Below, in pieces: positions 24,594 to 37,822 of a DNA stretch of 64,000 nucleotides. The DNA lies in NCBI GenBank assembly GCA_053919585.1, contig CM132795.1; one strand, written 5' to 3'. This stretch comes from Euprymna scolopes. Its lineage: Eukaryota. The notes beneath the pieces are model-generated. The model had not been told where the DNA came from. It did no database searches and saw only the letters and a list, made by a program, of their open reading frames with translations. The position numbers and the translations under genes were made by a program. Every line of letters begins with the position of its first letter. Positions within the stretch are counted from its first letter, which is position 1.

Positions 24594-24976
24594 TACTAGT
24601 TAAAAAAAAAGGAAATACGGACACTTTACACCAACCTTCAGACATGCTCAATCTTCAAACGGAAAAAAGAGATACATGTAATTTTAATATACATAAAGAC
24701 GGTTAAAAGAATAAAATATATTTTTTTAATAATTTGCTCTTCTGTTCATCTATATTTAAAAAAATCAATCATTCAAACATTTAAGGATGATCGCAAATGC
24801 AATATGTATGGATCAAAAGGTTTCGTATTTTAACAAGTGATTCTGTTTCGCTGACATTGGTTTCCTCAGTAATACCTGATACACGGAGAAGGCCCCAAGT
24901 GAAGGTTTTCCACATCTGTAGCGAACGTGGTGTTGTGGAACTGACACAGCTCGAAAACGAAAGGTCCAGTTTAGTA

Positions 24977-26600
24977 TTTTTTTTTACATGGTGGTCACCA
25001 CTTATCAAGGCCCGGAAGCCACTCGGGGATAAGGGTTATTACAAGTACAGTACGTTAGTGTGGAGATTTAATGAAGTGTTTACTTAAGAGGGCGGTTCAT
25101 TAGGAATTTGTTAACGTTGGACTTAAAGACATCCAAGTTGTAGTCAGGTGGGAAGCAGGCAGACGGAACAGAGTTCCACAGGCGTGCAGTTCTAAGAAAG
25201 AAGCTTTGTTCATGGAATCCACGTTTTGATTAAGGCACAGATAAAGAGTGGGGGAAATTTTTCACAGTGGATTCAGCTAGACGGGTGTTTTTCGTGAAAG
25301 ATTGGCGATTGGAGTTCAGACGAGCACCTGCCATGGAAATAACAATAAAATAAGGATAGGCTCGCAACGTCTCTTCTGGGGGAGAGAGGTTGCAGGGTAG
25401 AGAAAAGGGTATCCCCCACCAAGCCACGAAGATTTTGTACTCTGTCAAGGCAGGATAGGCTGTTTTTAGCAGCTCCTGTCCAGATATGGCAGCAGTATTC
25501 CATCCTTGGACGTACTTGGCTTTTATATAGATAGAGAATTGCATCAGTAGTGAGATATCTTCTGGAGCGGTAGAAGGATCCCACCATCTTTTCAGCGACC
25601 TTGGCAACAGACTTGATGTACGTGTTCCATTTCAGATCAGGAGTAAAGGACAAACCCAGAAGCGTGTCAAAACACGGGGCTTCTCCTAGACGAGAGCCAT
25701 CCATTTCAATTGATGCCAGATGGGGATCAGAGCGTTGATGATATAAAGATAGGAGTTTGGTTTTAGATGCATTAAAGGTAACCAGCCACGTCTTCCCCCA
25801 CTGAACCACGCGCTCGAGATCAGAGGAGAGGGAATCAGAGAGAACTTTGTCATTTACAGCCTTTGATGTGTTGCCGTAGATGGTAGTGTCATCAGCATAG
25901 ATGTCAACGAATGATTTAAGTCTGTGTTTAGGGAGATCATTGATGTAGATCAGGAAGAGAGTTGGGCCCAGGATTGACCCTTGAGGGACTCCAGCATTAA
26001 TACTGCAGGCCTCTTATTTTTGTCCATCGGCCACTACTCTTATGAGCTTATCGGAGAGAAATGGTTTAATGATTGAGAAAACATTACCAGTTATACTGTA
26101 GCTGGAAATCTTGTGAAATAGGCCCTTATACCATACCTTGTCGAAGGCCTTTGATATGTCAAGAGCAATTGCCCTAGAAAGGAAGCCTTTGTCAAGAGAT
26201 TCACTAATCCTGTGAGATATAACCGTTAGCACATCTGCGGTAGATCTTGCGGAACGGAAACTATATTTAAGAAGATTGTTTCTGCTGAGGTGGTTTACTA
26301 TTTCTCTATTTAATATGGATTCCAGCAACTTACTCATAACACACAGGAGACTTATTGGTCTGTACTGAGAGGGAGATGACTTATCACTTGAATTCTTAAA
26401 TACAGGGCATACTGATGAGGTTTTCCAGTGAGTCGGAAAGCACTTCTCCTTAAGGCAACGCTTAAACAGTTTCGTAAGTATGAGAGCAAGTTCTGGTAGA
26501 AGCTTTTTGAACTATAATTGGGATGCCGTCAGGGCCAGTTGCTTTATTGGAATCAAGGTTCTTGATTAGCTTGGCGACCTCATGTACAGATATTTGTATG
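24977..26600 (-). mobile_element. CR1-group LINE, 5'-truncated and decayed (RT + 3' UTR + polyA)
   Basis: ALDISKAFDKVW, GVPQGSILGPTLFLIYINDL, YADD, WLVTFNASKTK, LYKSQVRPRMEYCCHIW; T-run (minus-strand polyA) at ~24977. Confidence 0.9.
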
Positions 26601-26789
26601 TTACCTATCGTGTCCTGTGTTATAGGAGGAAATATGGGGAGTTGATGGCCTTCTGGTATTGATACAGTGTAAGGCCGATGGCCGATTGGCTTTTTCTATA
26701 AAAGTTTTACAGAAATGGGCGGAAATCAATGATAACACTATTCGAAGGCAATACAAGATGTTGGAAATGTTGAAAAAACCCAATTTCTA

Positions 26790-27048
26790 GAACTCTTTAG
26801 ATATAAACTGTGTTCCATTATCCGACGCAGCACAATCGGTATCGCGAATAATCCATTCAAACAACTCTAACAGCGGTCAGTGTTTTTACATTTTATGATT
26901 TCTGACCACTTTACAAAACTAGATGATACACCTCATTCCATGGTCCAGCAAAATCAACAGTGTATCTGTTTGGGGCCATGGATTAAATTTAACAGGCGTC
27001 AATTTCCCATCTATTGCAGAGAAGTTGTATAAATCTGTCATTTGTTAA
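26790..27048 (-). mobile_element. Ty3/Gypsy integrase remnant
   Basis: Minus-strand pieces PVKFNPWPQTD, VDFAGP, KWSEIIKCKN, SDNGTQFISKEF. Confidence 0.65.
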
Positions 27049-27057
27049 ATGGTTTTG

Positions 27058-27615
27058 TCTATATTATATGTTTACGAAAAGCGTAAATTGTTAGATGAAA
27101 GTACAGGAAAAAAATTTAGTTTTTTTGTTCAAGAAAACTTAATATCTTTATTTTATTTTTTTTACGGCTGTTCATTGCCGGTGGAAGAACTTTTTCGAGA
27201 TAAGGATATTTCCCTAGGAATCTTTTACTTCGGTCGACTGTTGAACCGCCATTGACGGCAAAGAGGGAGGAGATAGGTAAAGGAAATGTGTAAGTGCGCT
27301 CCGATATAATACTGCATTCCCTTCGCATATTTTTAAGGGTAGCTATTTCAGACGCGCATAAATAAATGATTTTTACTATTGTTAGAAACTCACCTGGCGG
27401 AGAAGGTAGCACGAACTTCTTTTTTTTTGGGGGGGGCCGATTAAATTTACATGTTTTTATCTGTTCTTTTATTTTTGAAATTGTTGTGTATGTGTGTATG
27501 GGGGGGGGGAGTATCGACATTACCCACGATGAAAATGATTCATATCCTTAGTATAGTAGTTGTGTTTAAAACGGAACTAAATGTCGACCCGGGCAACGCC
27601 GGGTACCTATGCTAG
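27058..27615 (+). mobile_element. Non-autonomous Helitron
   Basis: TCTATATTATA start (approximate); 3' hairpin CCCGGGCAACGCCGGG followed by CTAG|T. Confidence 0.7.
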
Positions 27616-27933
27616 TAATCCAATAAATGTAATACGCAGTAATAAATACACCCTGGATTTCCTTTGAATAACACGTATGGAATTTTTAAAAATATCCCCT
27701 TGAAGTAATATAGACACCGCCACTTTTTTACGATAAAACAACACGCCATTGCAGATAGAAAATATCCTGTACTATTCTGATTTAAAAAAATGTTTTTTAA
27801 ATTTTATTTCCTTATGAGAGCGTTTTCTAGCGTCTTTCTTCATAATTCCATCTGTTGTTTCTGGCTAATTCCATATAGAATTGTACAGGATTGTTTTGGC
27901 GTCATTCTTCGCTCCTGAATCCAGAATTATCTT

Positions 27934-28184
27934 TGTAACGTTACCACGTTTACATATGGGACCCACAACACGTTTTAGCAGAGTCCCTCTCTAGGTAAGT
28001 AATAACTCAACTCCTTCTTTTGTAACAACATTTATTTATTTATTCTCTAGCCACACGTGACTTCTTGTTACGACCGTGACGTCATCCACAACAACTCCTT
28101 TTTGTATTTTTTTCTTTTTCTTTATCCTGACGTCATTTCGTACATGGCTCGATATTTGCATTCGCGTGTTCGCGCTCTGTTACA
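27934..28184 (-). mobile_element. Solo-LTR-like repeat
   Basis: TGTAAC...GTTACA termini; diverged similarity (reverse) to 33419-33698. Confidence 0.5.
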
Positions 28185-28589
28185 CCGTATCGCAAAATGT
28201 AGCTGGTCAAATTTGATAGACTATCAACATGACTCAGGTATTTCAATGGTGAAAAATATATTTTAAAAAAATAGTTGAGTTAAATGGTACATTTTAGAGC
28301 CGTAAACAGATAATAATGGTGTGCTGTCGTTTTTCAAGGTACATCTTCTGTAATGAATGTTAACAAGAATAATTTCCTTCTTTATTTGACTATGATTCCT
28401 CTCTACAGGTAAACAGAAAAAGCGTTTGACGCACGTGCTAATAGTTTTTTTTTATGATCCGTCTTTAGTTTTATGTAAAATAGTAGCTTTGTCATCGTAA
28501 ATCTGGAATCGCTAGTTGTGATTATTTATGTTTAGAGTAAAAATCCGGCAAAAACTGATCCAGCCTCAGGATATCTTTCGCTCGAATTC

Positions 28590-29850
28590 TTTTTGTTTTT
28601 ACTCAGCTTCGCCCCAAACAAAGCAGATTGCCACTTGGACATAAGCGGCTACTAATTGGGACCATGCTTATAAAAGATTAAGATGTTGGTTTACGTTGCG
28701 TTTGAACTTCTGCATATCAGTACAGTTTGAGAAGCAGGTAGCAGGAAGGGAATTCCAAAGTCTAGCCGTTCTAGGGAAGAAGCTATTAGTGTAAAATACT
28801 TTCTGACATTTACGGACCTCAACAGTGAAGGGGTGCTATTTTGTTGCTAAGCAGGTTTGTTGGGGACATGTACGTCGAGGAGACAAAAGTGCAAATAGTT
28901 CATAAGAGCACAGTCCATTAAAATACTTCTAAAACAGGCACAAGGATGCAACATTGTGGCGATGGGACAGGGGTTGGAGCCTAGTTGACAAAATGGGACC
29001 TATTAGATTGGAGACCCTTTTATGGACTCTATCCAAGAGGGAGGGGCTAGTGGTAGATGCACCAGCCCAGATGTGGCAACAGGACTCCATGTATAGGTGG
29101 CCTTGTAAAGGTACAGATTACTCTCACGTGTGAGCATTTTTTTAGCATGATAGAGGGAGCTCGCCTTCCTCGCAGCAGCCTTCGCAATGTCCTCAATATA
29201 TTTGTTCCAGTTCATATTCCCCGTGAACATTAAGCTGAAGAGTTTGAAGGAAGAATTTTCAGGTAGGGAGTTATTTGTCATTGATATCGGAGGCGTCTTG
29301 TAATTGTTAAAGAGGAGCTGCTTAGTCTTACTAGCATTAAATATTACCTTCCATTTACGTACCCATTCCACTACAGTCTGGAGGTCATTTTCTAAGGATT
29401 CAGCAATCGTCTTTGATTTTCATACATCAGTTCTTCCCTCATGCATATTATAGTGTTCTACCATCAGAATATATACTCATTTCGGATTCAGTATTATCGG
29501 GGAGGTCATTGATGAATGTGAGGAATAATAGTGTTCCAAAGATCGACCCCTGAGGCACTCCCACATTAATGTTATGTTGCTTGGATGAACGTCCATCAAT
29601 GATAATCTGATGGCCCTATTGTCTAAGAAGGATCTAATTATATTTAGTATTCGTCCAGTTATATCGTATGATTTGATATTTATTAGTAGCCCTTCATGCC
29701 ATACTTTATCAAAGGCCTTGGATATATCGAGAGCTACAGCCTGGGCTTCACTCGTTTTATCTAGTACATGGTATATGTGTTCAGATATGACTGTTAAAAT
29801 ATCTACAGTAGGACGATATTGCTTAAATCCGTTTGTCTTCTGGAACAGCA
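28590..29850 (-). mobile_element. CR1-group LINE fragment
   Basis: VALDISKAFDKVWHEGLL, WKVIFNASKTK, LYLYKA; 3' end related to 59940-60605. Confidence 0.85.
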
Positions 29851-31041
29851 CTGCATAATGAGCCTATAATATTTGATTACCATTCATGTATTTCTTATAT
29901 ACTTTTGATATATGCTGATTATGTTCTAAATCAGAAAAAAAAAGAATAATAAGTTTTAAATGCCTAATTCAACTCCGTGAAAAAGTTCGCATACACGCAT
30001 CTCTTTCAATTGATTTGAACATGAACAAGACATTATATAGAAAAGCCGTAATACGTGGAGAGATTGAACAGTTGTGCATAGCCACGGCCCTCTGTATTAT
30101 TAAGATGAACTAAGCACCAAAGTCATATAACCTGCTGTCGTCATAGAGTTTGGTCCTGTGAATCTGGTCACGTGTTCCAAGAAATAACGGGAAACAGATA
30201 AAGTCGAATGACAAAACCGTTTTCAGGGATTTAGCAAAGAAGCCAGCAAACGAAGAAAAAATGTCAATAATTCAAATATATAGCAAATGAATGCAATCAA
30301 AAGCAAAATAAGTTACTCTTCTACCTACCTGGATAAGTTTTATGTGTTTTAATGGAATCTAAAGCTTTTACTCGGTAAAAAAAAGAACTTGTGTCGAGCT
30401 GCCAAAGTAAACAGGCAAATTGGAACGATGGATACAAGCAAAAATAACTGAAAAATAACGGACCACGATGTTTTTTAAAGAGGCTTATCATAATTATATT
30501 TTTTGGTTAACGTCTAAATTCTGATTGTGTTTAAAAGATAACAGACCGAAGTTAAAATTTAAAAGGAAAAAATGCACATTTACGTGTTAAAAAAATTACA
30601 GTAAAAAATGTTCAAGCGGGAAAGAAAAGTATTGAAATAATACATGTCAAATTTACGCTAAAAATATTACCTTAATAATATGAAATATTTTTTTGCAATT
30701 AATTTTAAGTAAGAATATTGAAAAATCAAAGCTTAATTCGATGATAATATCGTTAGTTCGATGAAATTATTTTTTCCTCGAGTTATGACGATATTATTAA
30801 CATATGCTTCGGGGATTTTTTTCGTAATGTTCCAGGATTTATTTTTGTTTAATTGTCGCAATCTACTATGCTTTATTCCCATTAAAAAGGTAAAATTAAA
30901 TTCATGCCGGATTTTTAAAAACTATAACTTTAGTAAAGGTCTACACAAAATAATAGATTTCCAGTAAGATTAAAAAAACGAAGAAAAATGGATTCATTAT
31001 ATTCCGTGATCATCTTCTCTTCTCTTCTTCTCTATCTATCT

Positions 31042-31649
31042 TCTATATAAATAAAATGAACTCATTTTTTCCCGTCTGATTTTGACATTAATAGGATTAA
31101 AAATCAAGATATTTCATGCAAATATAATATGCACAAACGGCAGAACAATATCTGAGCTGTGTTATAGGCTTATTATTTTTCAAATTCCTCGATAATCTTA
31201 GATTTCTATACTTTTTCTGCTGAGAAGTCACGGCCAAAATCGGTTAAGATCAATGGAAGTGGTAAAATATTTTCTCTCTAATAAATTCCTCCTCCCCCTG
31301 CCACCACTTAACACCGTTTGGGGATCGTTCACAAGGAACAGTTGAGAAGAGAACACCGGTTTGGCTTCGTAGTTCTTTCATGTGAAGTTATCTGTGGTGT
31401 AGTGGTTAGCGTGCTGGACAATTCACATTATATTTTCACGTTCGCGCCGACCTACCGTAGTCGTTTTTTTTTTTTTCCCTAAACAACTGGAATCGACTTT
31501 TCTTGGTGGCCGAAATGTTAACGTTGCAGATGTTTTTTTTTTTTTTTTTTTTTCACACTTTATTTTCCTACTTTTACTCATGACTCCGGGTTTGATCCTT
31601 CCTACTTACCTACCATAACATTTTTTAAAACGCCGGGTACCCCCGCTAG
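31042..31649 (+). mobile_element. Non-autonomous Helitron containing a tRNA-like segment
   Basis: TCTATATAAATAAAA start; ...AACGCCGGGTACCCCCGCTAG|T end like the other Helitrons in the window; TGGTGTAGTGG box A at ~31395. Confidence 0.6.
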
Positions 31650-32034
31650 TTACTTAATAAATACTGAAAATTTCATTAAAATTGGTTGATTTCTTAAAAA
31701 ACATTGCTGTTCGTTTTGGTAAAAAAATTTATTGTTGTCCGTTTTAATTAATTGATCGTTTATTTTTAAGTTAATTGTTTAATACTTGTGTATTGCCTAA
31801 ATTCGTATTTCATGTTTTGCAACGTTTGATTATCTTTTGCTTGAAACATTCGTAATTTTATATGCATAATTCTTTTTATTTAATATTGAATAAAGTTTAG
31901 TTTTACTGTCAATCGAATCGTGTTTCTTTTTTGTTCAAATATAATTTCTACGTAAATAGTGTACGTATTTTAGTTGTTAAAACCCACGTAACAACATTTA
32001 ATATATCATATGATATTTAGTTAAGTTTTTTCGT

Positions 32035-32368
32035 TTTGAATTCTTTTCTTAATATTTCATAATATTTAACTATAGATATGTTATTTTTCTCGATTACCGT
32101 TAAATTACATGTTAAATGTGCAAATATTTTCTCAGGCGTAAAAAATACACTTGTCTGTAGATTTTAGTTTTACTATGTAATAGTCTAACATCAATAAACA
32201 GCATTTTCTGATTACTACCAGTAGTGCAAGAATTTGTTTTTAACAAAATCAGAAAAAATACACAAATAAAAGAATCGCTTTTGGCATCGAAAAATATCCA
32301 CAAAATTTACCGATTCCGATATTCCAAATAGTTCCGACTTCTCCGATACCGATTAATCGTCACAACAA
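32035..32368 (+). mobile_element. hAT-like MITE family copy (partial)
   Basis: Homologous to 43198-44765, 51549-52000 and 61621-62044 (CCGATTCCGAT motifs, TTTGGCATC, TTAATCGTCACAACA end). Confidence 0.6.
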
Positions 32369-32549
32369 TGGAAGCAGCGCATATGCTGGGCGACGATCAA
32401 ATACTATGCACACCTAGTGTATAATTAACGATATGGGAACCGTTAATTATCAATAATATATTATAAATAATATATAGGATGTGGGGAAACTCCGCTTTCC
32501 TCGATACCTTTTGAATTCTCTTGCGCATTAAGAATTCTTTGATATTCTT

Positions 32550-33062
32550 TCACAATTCGTTAATGACTTTATCAATTTCCGGTTTATTTCCAACTCACCA
32601 CTTACTTTTAAAATGATGACTTCTATAGGTTTTAGGGTCTGTTGAAAACGAATGTCACATTTAAAACTGTCGTCGATAAACATTCCTGATATTAAACCAT
32701 TTTCTTTCCAAACTAATACGTTGTCGCCATGTTTTTCATAAACCTCTGATAAAGAAAAAATAAACACTGCGCATGCGTGTAAACGAAACTTTTCATTCCA
32801 CTTAAGTAAAACAGGATGGCGATTAATAAGAATCATTAAGTAGTATATTGGAAAAACGATGTCTTAGTGCCAGAAAAAATATTCATCGGCGACAGTTTTA
32901 AATGTGATATTAGTTTGTAACAGATCCGAAGACTTATATGTCTTCGGATCTGTTAAAAACTAATATCACATTTAAAACTGTCGCCGATAAATATTTTTTT
33001 TCTCATCATTTTGAAGTTGAATGTTGAGTTGGAAATCAACTGCAAACTGTCGAAATCGTTTA
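32550..33062. mobile_element. MITE with long diverged TIRs, containing a 60-bp-arm hairpin
   Basis: 32560-32685 is inverted-homologous to 32875-32935 + 33003-33060. Confidence 0.55.
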
Positions 33063-33418
33063 AATTAGAGTTTTTCTCTTAATAATTTTATATCATTCGC
33101 CTTATTTCAGCTTCTTTTGCTTATCTCAACCCATGAGTTAAAATGAAACATTTGTAATCATAGCAGATGATTTAAACTTTTTACTTATGTAGCTTACAAA
33201 AGCAGTAAAATCATGTTTACCGAGATTCGTGCATTACCACTACTTGTGAATCAAAAATGATTTTTTGTTAAACATCTCATATCACATCGAAAGATAAAGC
33301 TGGAGGTAAATAACATTTTAATATTGCATTGTTCTCAGTTTTTTTTATCCCTTCAACAGCGGCAATTGTTCTCTTATATCTCAGCACATCTATGAAATTA
33401 AGTTGAAAATGTCATATC

Positions 33419-33698
33419 TGTAACATAGCGTGGATGCGCGTATGTAAATGTATGCGAAGTGACGTCATCGCTGAGGAAAAGGGACTATAAAAAGTCACGA
33501 GAGATGTGATAACGTTTAAGATCTCGTAAGAGACGTAGAGAATGTTCTAGATCATGTAGGTGACGGCTGTAGCAATGAGGAAATAAATGTTGTTGCTACA
33601 GAGAACAAGCGAGTTAGAGATGTTTCCTATTCTTTGTCTTTGTCTCCTTTGGGACTGAAACTGTTTAGAACGTGTGTTTGTTCGCGGACAACGTTACA
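33419..33698 (+). mobile_element. Solo-LTR-like repeat
   Basis: TGTAAC...GTTACA termini, internal TATAAAA and AATAAA; second copy at 38338; no TSD seen. Confidence 0.65.
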
Positions 33699-33931
33699 GA
33701 AGATTCTTTTGGTGCATTATTGACCCAACCTTTTTTTTACTAAGAAGGATAAAAATGAAGAAAAAATAAAGAAAAAGCTTTTCACAAAACCATGCAGTCG
33801 CTGAAGAAGGCAAACGGGGAGGAATTTGAAAGAAAACCAAAAGAATTTTAAGCCTAGCCGTAAGTAACATTCTATTTTTTTTTTCTCTTTTCTTTCATCG
33901 TCGAATTTCTTTTCCTGTTTTCTTGGTTTTA

Positions 33932-34478
33932 TTTTTAGTCGCGTGCAAGCGACTCTATAAGTCACTCCGTCGGTCGGTCGGTCGGTCCGTAACACTTTTG
34001 TGCTTGGCCTTTTTGGTTAAGATCAAAGGTATGTTGTTAATAGATGCTGGTCTTAGTTTTTTAAGCTTTTCTTGGCCTTTTGGCCAAGTTCAAAGTGTAG
34101 TATCTCTTCTTACTACATGATGTACTTATTGTGATATAAATTGGGGGATCACTTTTCTGTATTAATTTAATGTAAAATGATCACCCACTTTACAACCAGT
34201 CAGTCTAAAAGCCATTCAATGCATTCTCCAGATCATTTAAGTTGTTTTTGAAGGATTCCAGTTATTTTTTAAGCATTCAAGTCATTCTTAAGGTCATTTA
34301 ATTCATCCTAAGTTCATTAAAGTCATTCTAAGTCATTTACTTTTTATTTATTTATTTAAGTCATTTCATCCCATTTTTTTGGTCATTTCAGTTTATCTCT
34401 AAGATTTTCATGTCAATCCTACATTCACGCATTCATTCATTACACGAGAGCATGCGACTAATGGCTATCGGCTTTGTT
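33932..34478 (+). mobile_element. Helentron-associated non-autonomous element (HINE/DINE-like) carrying U2 snRNA fragments
   Basis: TTTTTAGTCGCGTGC ... GCATGCGACTAA sub-terminal inverted repeats, (GTCG)n microsatellite after the 5' end, short 3' hairpin remnant ending TTGTT. Confidence 0.65.
34065..34112 (+). pseudogene. U2 snRNA 5' fragment (shorter second fragment at ~34001-34028)
   Basis: CTTTTCTTGGCCTTTTGGCCAAGTTCAAAGTGTAGTATCTCTTCTTA versus U2 5' end CTTCTCGGCCTTTTGGCTAAGATCAAAGTGTAGTATCTGTTCTTA; includes the GTAGTA branch-site pairing sequence; rest of U2 absent. Confidence 0.8.
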
Positions 34479-34807
34479 AATTGCTAAAGCGTGTTTTGTG
34501 GAGACGATGGGTTAACAGAATGTTATTTGATGTTAAACATGGGTTCTAGCATTATGGTTAAGCTATTTAATATATGGTTTTCAATTAACGAAGCCTGCAG
34601 TTTTAAGTAAAAAATTCGAACTAAACATTTTGAGCACATTTGTAATCTGTATTCGAGTTGTTCAAGGATCGATTCTTGACTGAGAGTACTAAGTGTTTTC
34701 AGTTTTATTTTATGATTATTAAAGTTTTAAAATCTGCATAAAAAAGAAAAACTTGGAGATTTTATGAGAGTAGAATTAACCTATTGTAACACGAGAAAAT
34801 ACAATTT

Positions 34808-35380
34808 ATAATATGTTTAGTAAGAAGTAAAAAATATATGATGTGTTTAATAAGAACTAATAATATGTATAATGTGTTCAGTAAGAAGTAAAAAAATGTA
34901 TAATTTGTTTAGTAAGAAGTAAAAAAAATTATAATGTGCTTATATGAAGTAAAAAAAATGTATAATGCGTTTAGTAAGAACTAATAAAATGTATAATGTG
35001 TTTAGTAAGAAGTAAAAAATGTATAATGTGTTTATAAGAAGTAAAAAATGTATAATGTGTTTATAAGAATTAAAAAATGTATAATGTGTTTATAAGAAGT
35101 AAAAAAATGTATAATGTGTTTATAAGAAGTAAAAAATGTGTGATGTGTTTAGTAAGAAGTAAAAAAAATGTATAATGTGTTTAGTAAGAAGTAAAAAAAA
35201 TGTATAATGTGTTTATAAGAAGTAAAAAATGTATAATGTGTTTATAAGAAGTAAAAAATGTATAATGTGTTTATAAGAAGTAAAAAAAATGAATAATGTG
35301 TTTAGTAAGAAGTAATAAAATGTAAAATGTGTTTAGTAAGAAGTAATAAAATGTAAAATGTGTTTAGTAAGAACTAAAAA
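34808..35380. repeat. Minisatellite, ~28-31-bp unit, ~19 copies
   Basis: Unit TATAATGTGTTTA(G)TAAGAAGTAAAAAATG, head-to-tail. Confidence 0.95.
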
Positions 35381-37451
35381 CATGTGGCTTTATTTCGATA
35401 AAAAACAGCGACAATTGTTTCGGGTTTTTGATAACAATACTATTCATACGCCCATTGTGAAAAAAAGTGTTGTTGGATATAATGGGTGCAATTAAGACAG
35501 TTTATTTACTTCTTTTAAAATAAGAAATAAAAAAGCATACGCGTCGAATTCCTAGCAAGAGTTATGCTGAGTGACTTATGAATAATTGATGTTTTTTATT
35601 TGTAAGGTTTTCGTGTCTGGTGCTTTTATTTTTCGATATTTTGTTACTTGGAGCATCATAAATCTGTCATGGGATGATATATTTTCCTCTTTCGATAAGA
35701 AGAAATTATGATTTATTACACAAAAGATAATATTAATTATCCAAGTAATAACATACAATAAAAAAATTATAATAAAAATAATTAATAATAATATTATTAA
35801 TTATAACAAAATAAAAATACTTAATATCTAATAATAAAAATAATAAATTATTTAATTAAAAGGAAATAACAATAAAAGATTATATAAAAGAATATAACTA
35901 ATATATAATAATATAAGAGTATTACTCAAGAATTTGAATATAAAACGTTTTTTCTTAGCTCTCTGGAGATTTTAAAAAACAGTGAACAAAAAACATTCTA
36001 AACCGTTCGTTCCCGAACCTTTTCTACAGATAGCTATAAATAGTGAACAATCGTTATTTTTAACTCAGTTATAACACGACATTGGGACGCAATGAGAGGC
36101 AACCACCTATTATAACTCCGACCGGAGGAAAATACAAGAAAACCTGAGTCGTTAAAATAACAGACGAACCAAACAAGATACGATGAAAGATCTCTTTCAT
36201 CAAAAACTGGTAAATGTAGATTTTTCTGAATTATATTTGACCAAAAAACATTTATGTCTAAAGATAAAAAAACATAACTAAAAACATTGACTTCTATTAA
36301 AAGGGAAATAACTAGAAAACAGAATTATTTCTCTTACACTATCGATTATAAACAGCTTATTTAGATATTCGTTTTTCTTTACTATTTTTGATTTTGTTTT
36401 TCTTTTTCTTTCATAATAAAATTTGTTTTTCTTTTCAAATTATCTTTTTTTACTCTTTTATTTTCATTGATATGTTTGCAGTGTTCTAGGAACAAATCCG
36501 TAATAAATCCAATACCGAACATAGAAATATTAATATTTAAAAGCCTCTTTAATTTTAGAACTAATGGCAAGCGAGATTGCTCGGCGCTCAGACACATGAC
36601 ATTAACGGAATATTATTCGTTAATCCTTAACTTCAGCTCTTTATGGGAAAAACGCAGCGGTTTAATTGCAAATGTTAAACTCTTGTTAAACTAGTGCCGT
36701 ATCACATCACCTCCTCCTCAACGGGCTTATTTTTGTAAGAAATAGGGTGTAGATAACGATGAATTTGTTCAGGGACAGTCCGAAAGTGGTCAACAGAATT
36801 CAGACAATGAATCAAATTTCTTGGGTATAGAACATAACCATCAGAAGTTAGTGACTAGACTTTTTTAAGACTTCGGTTTATGAACAAAGAACAAAGAAGC
36901 TTAGAAAATAGAGAAAATAATATCAGAAAGTGAACGTGTTCATAGGACTGCCAAAGATAACAAAGGTAAACGGCAGTATTGCAGAGTAATACTGGAATGT
37001 GAAAAATAGGAAAATGCAATAATTGTGGCGTAAACTGTTGATTCAAAGCTGTCGAGGGCATGGATAATGCCTCTGGTCTTTTGGGTCAAATATCACCTAT
37101 AATTGTCTCGTATAATTTCGCCAATATCGAGCTGAGCAGTTAAGAGACAAAATAGGCCGTAATTGTCTTGAATAATCTCGTAAAAAGTGTTGCAACAGTT
37201 AAGAGACAAAAAGGGGCGATAGACTAAAAAAAATGGATTAACATACATGTCTCGAATAATCTCGCTATATAAAACGGAGCAATTAAGAGACATATGTCGT
37301 AGGACTAGACAAGAGGGTATACAAGCTAGTTTACGCAAAGATTTTCGGGGAGAAATATTAATATAACTGAGTTGGAAGAAATTTAAAGATTGTTTAAGAA
37401 AATGAGAAAAAATCTCGCCCGATGAAAAAAGAAGTAACAAACTAATCTGAC

Positions 37452-37822
37452 TATACAATGAATAGCATAGCATATCTATCATTAAAACTATACAATGTAC
37501 AGTATAACATATCTATTATTAAAACTATACCATGAACAGTATACCATATCTATCATTAAAACTATACAATGAACAGTATACCATATCTATCATTAAAGCT
37601 ATACAATGAACAGTATAGCATATCTATCATTAAAACTATACAATGAACAGTATAACATATCTATCATTAAAACTATACAATGAACAGTATAACATATCTA
37701 TCATTAAAACTATACAATGAACAGTATAACATATCTATCATTAAAGCTATACAATGAACAGTATAGCATATCTATCATTAAAACTATACAATGAACAGTA
37801 TCGCATATCTATCATTAAAACT
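37452..37822. repeat. Minisatellite, 37-bp unit, 10 copies
   Basis: Unit TATACAATGAACAGTATAACATATCTATCATTAAAAC, no spacers. Confidence 0.95.

Noticed and set aside
34001-34112. Functional U2 snRNA gene
   Set aside because: Only the first ~50 nt are present, with substitutions; no Sm site or 3' stem-loops.
37452-37822. 37-bp repeat array of CRISPR-like unit length (also 34808-35380 and 63770-64000)
   Set aside because: Units are head-to-tail with no unique spacers, no cas genes, eukaryotic context.
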